Source: Candidatus Bipolaricaulia bacterium (GTDB taxonomy: Bacteria > Bipolaricaulota > Bipolaricaulia > JBHIAT01). From it: DNA of 18,769 nucleotides. The notes under the pieces are model-generated. The model did not search any database. It was not told where the DNA came from and saw nothing but the letters and a program-made list of their open reading frames with translations. A program made the translations under genes and the position numbers. Below are positions 10,094-17,932 of this stretch, in pieces; position 1 is the first letter of the stretch, and each line of letters begins with the position of its first letter. Location of the stretch: positions 1 to 18,769 of the forward strand of contig JBHIAT010000061.1 of assembly GCA_046758705.1 (NCBI GenBank). The letters run 5' to 3'.

Positions 10094-10972
10094 ATGGATA
10101 ATAAAGAAAGAATAATCTTAGTCACAGGTGCCACAGGCAAGCAAGGTGGGGCGGTAGCACATCACCTGTTGGTCAACGGCTGGAAAGTGCGAGCCCTCAC
10201 CCGTGACCCCTCCAAGCTGGACGCTCAAGCATTGGTAGAGATGGGGGCCGAAGTTGTGAAGGGTGATCTTGAGGATCGTGCTTCGCTGGATCAGGCCCTG
10301 GAGGGTGTCTACGGAGTATTTAGCATGCAAGACTTTTGGGAGCACGGCTACGACGGAGAGGTGCGACAGGGCAAGACACTGGCAGACGCAGCCAAAGTGG
10401 CTGGAGTTGAACACCTTGTCTATAGCTCTGTTGGAAGCGCTGAGCGCAATACCGGTATACCCCACTTTGATAGCAAGTGGGAGGTTGAACAATACATTCG
10501 TGCACAGGATTTGCCGGTGACCATTCTGCGACCGGTCTTCTTCATGGAGAACTTCAATGCCTCTGATTTCCGCTCGATGATTCTCGGGGGTACGTTGATG
10601 TTAGCGCTTCGCTCCGATAAGCCTCTGCAGATGATCGCCGTGGACGACATTGGTGCATTTGCCACACTGGCTTTCGAGAACCCCGAGGAGTTTATAGGGA
10701 AGGCGACCGAAATAGCTGGGGAGGAGATAACGATGCCTCAGGCGGCGGAGCTTTTTAGCCGAGTGATCGATCGCCCTGTTCAATTCGTCGAAATGTCTAT
10801 CGAGCGACTCCGAGGCTTCAACGAAGAGTACGCCGTGATGTTCGAGTGGTTTAATGACGAGGGTTATCAAGCGGACCTTCCGGCGTTGCGTGCCCTGCAC
10901 CCTCAATTGACGACATTTGAGACGTGGTTGAGCAAGGATGGCTGGGATGAGGCAGAGGCCAAGTCGCAATGA
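10094..10972 (+). CDS. NmrA/HSCARG family NAD(P)-binding protein (atypical SDR)
   Basis: ILVTGATGKQGG, VRALTRDP, HLVYSSV, PHFDSKWEVE, ILRPVFFMEN; RBS AGAGGA. Confidence 0.92.
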   Translation: MDNKERIILVTGATGKQGGAVAHHLLVNGWKVRALTRDPSKLDAQALVEMGAEVVKGDLEDRASLDQALEGVYGVFSMQDFWEHGYDGEVRQGKTLADAAKVAGVEHLVYSSVGSAERNTGIPHFDSKWEVEQYIRAQDLPVTILRPVFFMENFNASDFRSMILGGTLMLALRSDKPLQMIAVDDIGAFATLAFENPEEFIGKATEIAGEEITMPQAAELFSRVIDRPVQFVEMSIERLRGFNEEYAVMFEWFNDEGYQADLPALRALHPQLTTFETWLSKDGWDEAEAKSQ

Positions 10973-11068
10973 TGACGACGGTGGTGGTTTCGTCAGAGTC
11001 CGCTAGTTGAGCGGTAGTGGTCTCAAGGCGAAACATAATACGTAGATAAAGCATCGGTAGCGTCTCGT

Positions 11069-11107
11069 GGGCGTCGGGTTGACCAAGATTCACTCGACCC
11101 GGCGTCC
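11069..11107 (+). other. 14-bp RNA hairpin between the NmrA-like and phosphatase genes (possible terminator or stability element)
   Basis: GGGCGTCGGGTTGA (11069-11082) pairs fully with TCGACCCGGCGTCC (11094-11107) using three G-U pairs; no strong U-tract follows. Confidence 0.4.
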
Positions 11108-11153
11108 TATCCGTTTCATGGCCCCGTTTGCTTCTTAGTCTGCACGCCTGGAT

Positions 11154-11182
11154 TTGACAGCACAAAATGCTTCTGGGATGAT
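11154..11182 (+). promoter_or_regulatory. Possible sigma70 promoter of the histidine phosphatase gene
   Basis: TTGACA (11154-11159), 17-bp spacer, TG-n-GATGAT (11177-11182). The predicted start falls within the RBS, which weakens the call. Confidence 0.3.
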
Positions 11183-11198
11183 ATTCGGAGGTGCACTA

Positions 11199-11780
11199 AT
11201 GCTTCGATTGCTGTTGACCCGACACGGTGAATCGCAGTGGCAGGTTCTCGGAGACGAGGCCGGCCCTGACAGTGCGTTGACCCCATTGGGTCGCCGTCAG
11301 GCCGATCACTTGGGCCGCTGGCTGGCCGGCCACATTCCCGTAGATCATATCTACGCCAGCCCGCTGCAACGCGCTCGTGAAACCGCGCAATTGGTGGCAG
11401 CTCATCTTGAACTTCCGGTGCACCTGCACGAAGATTTGAAAGAAGCGTGGTTCGATGTGCCACCCACGCTTCCGGTGTTCTCGGCACCGTCGGATATCCT
11501 GGACAGTGGGCACACTGACCACGCACAAACGGACGAAAATTACCAGGTGTTTCGATCCCAGGTTGTTCGGGCGTTGCGGGACATCCTGGGCCGGCACCAC
11601 GATGGAACGATCCTGATCGTCGCCCACGGCGGGACCATCGCGATGACGTTCCGGTTGCTGCTTGGTAGCAACACGTTCACCCTCAACCTGGGCAACACGA
11701 CGTTGCACAGCCTCACCTGGAACGGTAGTCAATGGCACATCGAATACATCGATCGCTGGGAGCATCTTCGGCGTCTGTAA
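11199..11780 (+). CDS. Histidine phosphatase (phosphoglycerate mutase-like) family protein
   Basis: LLLTRHGES catalytic motif, LTPLGRRQA, IYASPLQRARETA, LIVAHGGTI; GGAGGT RBS before ATG 11199. Confidence 0.92.
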   Translation: MLRLLLTRHGESQWQVLGDEAGPDSALTPLGRRQADHLGRWLAGHIPVDHIYASPLQRARETAQLVAAHLELPVHLHEDLKEAWFDVPPTLPVFSAPSDILDSGHTDHAQTDENYQVFRSQVVRALRDILGRHHDGTILIVAHGGTIAMTFRLLLGSNTFTLNLGNTTLHSLTWNGSQWHIEYIDRWEHLRRL

Positions 11781-11807
11781 AAGATTCTGTCGAAATGAGG
11801 ATCTAAG

Positions 11808-13727
11808 CTAATCCTCGACCAGTTTGTTCCACTGTTCAAACTTCTCTTCGAGTAACTTCTTTTTGAGCTTGTATTTGGTGTTCAGCTCGGCGATTCGTTC
11901 ATGTTCCTGGGCGTAGCTTGCCTCCTCCAGCTTCCTTTCGATCTTTTCAATCTCCTTCTCTAAGATCGCGATTCGCTTTATCAGTTTGATCTCTTCTTCT
12001 TCACGTTTTTTCACCTCGCTGAGCTGCTTTTCCTCTTTATCCGGAATCTTTCCCTTGATTTTGGTCTTTTCTTCAATTTGTTGCGGTTTTGTTTGCTGTG
12101 TCTCCTCCTTGCGTTTGTGTCGGTAATCAGAGTAGCTGCCCGGGTAGATCCACAGCTTCCCGTCGCGGATCTCCCAGATCTGGGTGGCGAGCCGGTCGAT
12201 CAGATAACGATCGTGGGAGATCAGCACCATCGTGCCCTGGTATTTTTCTAATGCCTGGTGCAAGATCTCCTGCGAGCTGATATCCAGATGGTTGGTCGGC
12301 TCATCCAGCAGCAACAGATTGCCTCCCATCTGGGCCAACCGGGCCAGAGCGACCCGGCTCAGCTCTCCGCCCGAAAGCTCCTGGAGTTTCTTGAACACAT
12401 CATCGCCGGAGAAGAGAAACCTTCCCAGAAAGTTGCGTGCCTCGGCAATCGTTTGCGATTTTTCTTGGATTAGAACGTCCAGCGGGGTCATCTCATGGCC
12501 CAGGTGGTCTTCATGGATCTGAGCGAAGTGGGCGATCTCCAGGTCCTGGCCGAGTTTCACATTACCGGTGAGCGGTTTGAGTTCGCCCATGATCGTTTTG
12601 AGAAACGAGGTCTTCCCACTGCCGTTGGGGCCGATCAATGCGATCCGTTCCCCGCGATATAGTTTCACATGAGGACAGTGAAACAGCGCGTTCGGACGGT
12701 CATCTCCGTTGGCCGCTTCGTAGCCGACGACCAGATCGCGTATAGAAAGTACCTCTTTATGGCTCTGCTTTTTCAGGTCGAAGGTGAAGCTAATCCGCTT
12801 GCTGGTGTGCGGCGCTTCGATCCGTTCCAGTCTGACGAGTTTTTTCTCTCGGTCCTTGGCCTGTTTGTGTTTCTGGCCGGCAAGAGTTCTGCGGATGAAC
12901 TCTTCGGTCGTTTCGATATAGGCTTGTTGGGCTTTGTGCAGCTTCAGTTGGTGTTCTCGCTGTTCGTCACGCAGTTTGAGATACTGGGTGTAGTTGCCCG
13001 AATACTGCTGCAGCTCTTCGAAAGCCAGTTCCCAGATTCTGGCGGTGAGTTTATCGAGGAGCAGCCGATCGTGAGCGACGATCACCAGGCTGCCTTTCCA
13101 ACCTGCGAGATACTCTTCGAGCCATTCCAGCGCGGCGAAATCGAGGTGGTTGGTCGGCTCATCGAGCAGTAGCAGGTCCGGACTTTCCAGGATGAGTTTT
13201 GCTAACGACGCCCGGGCCTTTTGCCCGCCGCTCAGTTGGCGGATCGGTCCATGCCAATCTTCCTCGGAGAACCTCAGGTGAGAGAGCACCTGTTGGATCT
13301 CGTTTTCGTAGCGGTATCCGCCTGCGTGCTCGTAGTGTTCTAACAGAGTGCCATAGCGTTTTAACACCTCATCGGAAGCATCGGTATCGGCACGGCTCAT
13401 CTGCTCGGCGAGCTGATGGAGCTCCCGTTCCATTTCTTTCAGATCACCGAAGGCGGTTTGCATTGCGTCGAACAGGGTTATCGCCCCGTTGCTTTCAAAC
13501 TCCGGCTCTTGGGGCAGGTAACCGATCTTGATGGAGCGGGCGCGGTGGATGTCTCCTGATGAAGGGACGTCGAGGTCCGCGATGATGCGCAACAGCGTCG
13601 ATTTGCCGGTTCCGTTATCGCCGATCAGGCCGATCTTATCTTCGCGGGATATCTGGGTGGTGACTCCGGAAAAGAGTTGCTGGGCGCCATACTGTTTCGC
13701 CAGATCTTCGATCGTTACGATGGACAT
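11808..13727 (-). CDS. ABC-F family ATPase (ribosome-associated, Uup/YdiF-like) with C-terminal coiled coil
   Basis: Two NBDs (GDNGTGKS/LSGGQ/DEPTNHLD and GPNGSGKT/LSGGE/DEPTNHLD), inter-domain linker, no TM segments, K/E-rich tail. Confidence 0.95.
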   Translation of the reverse strand: MSIVTIEDLAKQYGAQQLFSGVTTQISREDKIGLIGDNGTGKSTLLRIIADLDVPSSGDIHRARSIKIGYLPQEPEFESNGAITLFDAMQTAFGDLKEMERELHQLAEQMSRADTDASDEVLKRYGTLLEHYEHAGGYRYENEIQQVLSHLRFSEEDWHGPIRQLSGGQKARASLAKLILESPDLLLLDEPTNHLDFAALEWLEEYLAGWKGSLVIVAHDRLLLDKLTARIWELAFEELQQYSGNYTQYLKLRDEQREHQLKLHKAQQAYIETTEEFIRRTLAGQKHKQAKDREKKLVRLERIEAPHTSKRISFTFDLKKQSHKEVLSIRDLVVGYEAANGDDRPNALFHCPHVKLYRGERIALIGPNGSGKTSFLKTIMGELKPLTGNVKLGQDLEIAHFAQIHEDHLGHEMTPLDVLIQEKSQTIAEARNFLGRFLFSGDDVFKKLQELSGGELSRVALARLAQMGGNLLLLDEPTNHLDISSQEILHQALEKYQGTMVLISHDRYLIDRLATQIWEIRDGKLWIYPGSYSDYRHKRKEETQQTKPQQIEEKTKIKGKIPDKEEKQLSEVKKREEEEIKLIKRIAILEKEIEKIERKLEEASYAQEHERIAELNTKYKLKKKLLEEKFEQWNKLVED

Positions 13728-13815
13728 TTTTCTCTCTAAAGGTACTGATTTGATGGAGGATGGATCAAGGATGATCGAGTATGCTCGTTTTTAATCCCTG
13801 GAGAGCTTATTGTTA

Positions 13816-13920
13816 GGTAGTCGCCCGATTCAGAGTTGATGGTGTTCCTCTCCCTGAGGAGGAACCAACACCGTCAGCAACTCCTCCACTCCCCCAATAT
13901 GATCCGTCAATCCCGCTGCC
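13816..13920 (-). mobile_element. Remnant of an IS1-family-like element: transposase C-terminus plus terminal repeat
   Basis: An unlisted minus frame reads AAGLTDHIGGVEELLTVLVPP...* (stop 13832-13830), resembling the (TPAM)AAGLTDHxWxxxELL transposase tail. GGTAGTCGCCC at 13816 resembles IS1-type ends (GGTnATG...). Confidence 0.6.
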
Positions 13921-14317
13921 TGATGCCATCTGGATGAGTGCTCTCGGCCTTGCTTCTGCAAAGGATTGTTCAAGATTTTTAATCGCTTCTATCTGGCAAT
14001 CTCTTAATCCCTCCGTGATTAAAGGTGGCATAGTCCTGAGCCTGGCTCGAAGCGTGTGCTCCTGAGAAAGCCATTCTTTAAATGTCTCCGGTCTATGAAA
14101 GGAAAAAGTCCTTTGGGAGCGAGGTAAAGGATCTCTCAAAGACGGCTTTTCTGTCTACAAAGAGCAAATAATCAGCAGATCCAGATTTAAGGGGAAATTC
14201 GCAGACAGCTACACCCAAAGAAGATCCAAGATTTAATTCTCGATAGTCCTGAACCTCCCAACCTGCTGCTTCCAGCAGTTGGTCAATCTTCTGGCGTGCT
14301 TTTTCCTCTGGTTTCAT
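13911..14317 (-). pseudogene. hsdR: Type I restriction endonuclease R subunit, 5' remnant
   Basis: MKPEEKARQKIDQLLEAAGW...EFPLKSGSADYLLFVDRKAV, then a frame change at ~14140 to RDPLPRS..FSFHRPET...LRDCQIEAI...RALIQMASGSG, ending inside Walker A. Confidence 0.88.
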
Positions 14318-14537
14318 GCTAACCTTCTTCTACATCTTATCATACAAGTTTCACCGTTGCATATGGTATCATGTGAACAAACTTTGGTTCGTACACATCG
14401 GTCAAACTGGGAGGAACTTGAAACGGGGCTGAAAGGTGTACCAGTCTCAGATCAAGCGCTCCGCTGAAGGGGCTTGCGACTTTGTCAGGCCTCTATTGCT
14501 CTGATGGATCTTTGGCCTCAGAGCAGGATGCTAGAAT

Positions 14538-14918
14538 TTAGTCAGGCTTACCACCAATGGGCAACAGACGAATGCGAACGCGAGCCTCTTCGAAAACGAC
14601 AACACTTCCCTGTTCCAAGGCATCTGTCACGTTCGGCAAGTTGGCGAGCAACAGGGCCATTTGTGCTTCAGGATGCCGCTGAGAGACCCGTCGGAAAAGT
14701 ATCAGCGATGGCTTGGTCTCCTGTCGTAGGGCAAGGAGCATGCCGAAATCAGTATCGGCTGAAACCAACACGCGTCCTTCACGGGCAGCGCGCTCGAAGA
14801 CGTCTCTATCCTCTGCTGCTTGCATTCCGTAATCGCGTACGTGCACTGCATCGTGTCCAGCTTGCCGTAAGCCTTCTGCAACCAAGGGTGACAATGCGTT
14901 GTCCACCAGAAACTTCAA
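14538..14918 (-). CDS. DUF5615 family PIN-like protein (putative toxin)
   Basis: [29 protein letters not shown]; the TTG start overlaps the DUF433 stop (TTGA). Confidence 0.9.
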   Translation of the reverse strand: MKFLVDNALSPLVAEGLRQAGHDAVHVRDYGMQAAEDRDVFERAAREGRVLVSADTDFGMLLALRQETKPSLILFRRVSQRHPEAQMALLLANLPNVTDALEQGSVVVFEEARVRIRLLPIGGKPD

Positions 14919-15145
14919 GGTTCCGTCACCAACGGGAGTTCACGTTCTTGTACAGCTTCAGCAGCGTATTGCAGCGCTTCGCGGATGTCTTCACGCTCCA
15001 GATCGGGGAACGCTTTGAGAATCTCCTCTTCGGTCATGCCATCGGCAATCATTCCCACAACGGTCGAAACGGGTATGCGCAAGCCCCGGATGCAGGGCAC
15101 GCCGTCCATCTGGTTAGGGTTGACCGTAATTCGCGTAAACTTCAT
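14915..15145 (-). CDS. DUF433 family protein (putative antitoxin)
   Basis: [48 protein letters not shown]; 76 aa; standard partner of DUF5615. Confidence 0.92.
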   Translation of the reverse strand: MKFTRITVNPNQMDGVPCIRGLRIPVSTVVGMIADGMTEEEILKAFPDLEREDIREALQYAAEAVQERELPLVTEP

Positions 15146-15210
15146 GGTAGTTCACTTCCTCATGATATCGCAAATGCCGCTTCATGGGCAATTCCCTGGT
15201 TCGTCTAACA

Positions 15211-16158
15211 TCAGTGCATGTGGCGTGTCACCTCTTGGGCCCTTTGGATGCCTGCTGTGAACGCACTTCGGATCTTCTTTGGATCGAATTCCAGCGGGCC
15301 CAGATACACCTGTTTGGGCTCAAAGACGATAATCTCTGCGTAGAGTCTGTCTTTCCGCTTGGCCCCCTTCACCTGCGCGGCGATCGCCCGTGCATATTCG
15401 AGATCGTTGTTGAAGATCTCCGAGACCATAATGTCCGCTGCCCGCTGCAGGATGCTGGCAGGGGTCTTCAATCTTTTCAGATCGGACACCGGGTCCATAG
15501 TAAGCGGTGAAGCCAGGACGACAAACAGGCGATACTCGTTTCCAGGACGATGGATCTTTCTCAAGGCCTCGAAGGCGTCTTTGAGAGGGGTGATGCTACG
15601 CACGCTGCCGTCCACGTAAAGCTGGCCGTCGATGAGTACCGGTGGGAAGAAAAAAGGAATAGATGCGCTAGCCAAGACGTATCTTTCGATATCAGGAAAG
15701 TCTTGAGTCACTGCGATGTATTCTCCGGTGTTGAGAGAGGCCACTCCGACGCGGAGCTCGACTCCTGAGTTGCGCAAGGCTTCTGGTGAGATAAGGGCGT
15801 TAATCTTTTGCGCGAGTGGGCTGAGATCATAAATGCTGTTGTGAAACAGCCCGCCAAGGAGATCATCCATGAACGTGGGAAGATCAATCAGCCGCGCGGG
15901 GCCGCGCTTCAAAAAGATGTCTCTATCACTCTTGATGCTGAACCAGATGTCTTCCAGCTTATCGAGCGCCTCTATGAGGCCGGAGTGTCCTGCCCCTTGA
16001 GCGAGCAGGGTGGCTTTGATCGCTCCCACCGAAACCCCAGTGATCACCTGAAAGTCGAGCCTTAACACCCTGATTAAATAGTCGATGACACCCAGCTCAA
16101 AAGCCCCCCGTGCACCCCCAGCGCTCATGACAAGCGCGTTTACCACTGTTGCAGCCAT
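15211..16158 (-). CDS. Patatin-like phospholipase family protein
   Basis: AGGARG oxyanion motif, GVSVG nucleophile elbow, LASASIP and YVDGS (DGG variant); AGGAGG RBS upstream. Confidence 0.9.
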   Translation of the reverse strand: MAATVVNALVMSAGGARGAFELGVIDYLIRVLRLDFQVITGVSVGAIKATLLAQGAGHSGLIEALDKLEDIWFSIKSDRDIFLKRGPARLIDLPTFMDDLLGGLFHNSIYDLSPLAQKINALISPEALRNSGVELRVGVASLNTGEYIAVTQDFPDIERYVLASASIPFFFPPVLIDGQLYVDGSVRSITPLKDAFEALRKIHRPGNEYRLFVVLASPLTMDPVSDLKRLKTPASILQRAADIMVSEIFNNDLEYARAIAAQVKGAKRKDRLYAEIIVFEPKQVYLGPLEFDPKKIRSAFTAGIQRAQEVTRHMH

Positions 16159-16328
16159 TACCTTTCCTCCTACGCTATTTTATGGCCTCTGAGATAGGAT
16201 CACAATTGGATTGTACCCTGATTCATTGAGCATTTGATGTAAAACACCGTTGGGTTGATAATAGAAACGTCGCTGAACAAGTTGGATAGGCGAACTGAGG
16301 TCCGCTCGCGAATAACGAGTGAGGCGGC

Positions 16329-16500
16329 ACGGCACATCGCTTCTGGCTTGGTCAAATCAACGTGCCCCAGGCGATTGCCACCCGCAAGGTCATCGCCCGT
16401 GGATCGGTGCCCAAAGCGCTGGCCCTGTTACCGGCGATCAAGCCTGTCTTTTCCCTTTATCCTCAGGTTCTTCGTGAGATCGGTGAAGAAGCGCTTATTC
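16329..16500 (+). pseudogene. C-terminal fragment of an SCP2 sterol/lipid-binding-domain-like protein
   Basis: Frame 16329 reads TAHRFWLGQINVPQAIATRKVIARGSVPKALALLPAIKPVFSLYPQVLREIGEE; in-frame stop at 16320, so the 5' half is missing; no own stop before the E1 fragment. Confidence 0.55.
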
Positions 16501-17261
16501 CAGGGGATGTTCCACGAAGCGCTCAACTTCACTGCAGTGTTCAACCTGCCGGTCATCCTGTTTGTGGAGAACAATCAGTACGCCCGGTTCACGCCCGTCG
16601 AGGGCCACACACGACTCAACCACCTTTCCGACAGGGCAGCCGGCTACGGTGTGCCGGGGATCACGGTGGATGGCAACGACGTCTGGGCGGTGTACCAGGC
16701 GGTGCGGGCCTGGCACGACGAGGGGCCGATACTGATCGAAGGTATCACCTATCGCGACTGGAACGCTCACGACCGATGAGACAGCACAGATCGAGCGAGA
16801 GGCTCAGGCAGCTGTGGAACGTGCAATCGCCTCCGCGCTGGTCAGCCCCGAACCGGAGCCTACGGCGGTGACCGCACACATCTTTGCCCCCGAGCCGGCA
16901 GAGCTCTATCGCGAGATGCCCCAACCCCAACCCTTAGCCACACGCGAATTGACCATGGCGGCCGCCCTTGGTCGTGCGCGCCCCAGTCGGAGGTGGCATC
17001 GGTTTGGGGGCGCAACACAGCCAAAGGCTGGAGACCTGGTTGATGCACGTTCCGGGGCTCATCGTCATCGCCCCGGGCACCGCTTATGACGCCAAGGGTT
17101 TGCTCAAGGCCGCCATTCGCTCCAACAACCCGGTGGTTTTCTTCGAGAACTGGCTGCTTTGGGCGACCACGGGCCTCGTACCCGAGGAAGAATATCTGGT
17201 CCCGATTGGCAAGGCCGAGGTGAAGCGAGCAGGGAGCGATGTCACCGCCCTCCTGTTGTGA
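16501..17261 (+). pseudogene. Fragmented fused E1alpha/E1beta of a TPP-dependent 2-oxoacid/acetoin dehydrogenase
   Basis: QGMFHEALN...LPVILFVENNQYA...VDGNDV...GPILIEGITYR (alpha); QIEREAQAAVERA...SPEP...RELTMAAAL (alpha end joined to beta start); PLVVRAPVGGG..GAQHSQ..VPGL..DAKGLLKAAIR..NPVVFFE..PIGKA..GSDVT (beta). Three reading frames. Confidence 0.88.
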
Positions 17262-17323
17262 TCGTGTGATGATTGAGTTTGCGACGCAGTCAGGATAAGT
17301 GTAGGATAAATGGGGGTGGAAGC

Positions 17324-17932
17324 ATGACCAACAAAAATGCGCGTGGACGTGGCAATCTGGTGATCGGGCTGATCCTGGTGGGGTTGGGCGTAATTTTCCT
17401 GCTGGGGCGGGTCTTCGATATTGGCTTTGGATTGTCCTGGCCATTCTTCATCATCATCCCCGGCTTGCTCTTTTTCGTCGGGATGATACTGGGCGGCAAG
17501 GATGCAGGGTCGCTGGCAATCCCCGGTAGCATCGTAACCATGGTTGGGCTGATCTTACTATACCAGAATATCACCAATCACTGGGAAAGCTGGGCCTACG
17601 TCTGGGCGCTGATCTGGCCGACCTCTGTCGGCATCGGGCTGATCATCCACGGTACGTGGAGCAAACGGGCGCATATCCTCCAGGACGGGATCCACTGGGC
17701 CAGGGTAGGCATCGTGATCTTCCTGATTGGAGGGGTGTTCTTTGAGGTGATCATTGGCATCAGTGGTGGTGGCAGAGGCGGGATCGGTTGGTCTGTACTG
17801 CTGATTGTGTTCGGTGTATACCTGCTCATGCGAAATAGCGGCCTGTTATTGGGTCGCCAAACCACTCGAACCGACCTCCACCAGCTCTCAGACGAGGACG
17901 GAGGAGAACATGGGGGAGAGCAAACACAATAA
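17324..17932 (+). CDS. Multi-pass membrane protein (LiaI/LiaF-like, DUF5668-type N-terminus)
   Basis: About six hydrophobic helices; GLILVGLGVIFLL...WPFFIIIPG and WESWAYVWALI; start at ATG 17324. Confidence 0.7.
   Translation: MTNKNARGRGNLVIGLILVGLGVIFLLGRVFDIGFGLSWPFFIIIPGLLFFVGMILGGKDAGSLAIPGSIVTMVGLILLYQNITNHWESWAYVWALIWPTSVGIGLIIHGTWSKRAHILQDGIHWARVGIVIFLIGGVFFEVIIGISGGGRGGIGWSVLLIVFGVYLLMRNSGLLLGRQTTRTDLHQLSDEDGGEHGGEQTQ

Noticed and set aside
10967-11040. Hammerhead-like words (ATGATGA ... CGAAAC)
   Set aside because: The core is not CTGANGA, and no stem II joins it to the GAAA.
14376-14392. GAAC...GTTC as a LexA box
   Set aside because: Spacer is 8 nt, not the 4 nt of Gram-positive SOS boxes.
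14497-14525. TGCTCTGA/TCAGAGCA inverted repeat as terminator of the TA pair
   Set aside because: Long loop and no U-tract on the minus strand; not supportable as an intrinsic terminator.
14474-15208. 244-aa plus-strand ORF
   Set aside because: Antisense to the well-supported DUF433/DUF5615 genes; composition is not protein-like.
15203-15210. GTTAGAC (minus strand) as an integron attC core site after the patatin gene
   Set aside because: No matching inverse core site or attC hairpin at the expected distance, and no integrase in the window.
15211-16158. CBASS operon
   Set aside because: No CD-NTase or Cap2/Cap3-like genes nearby.
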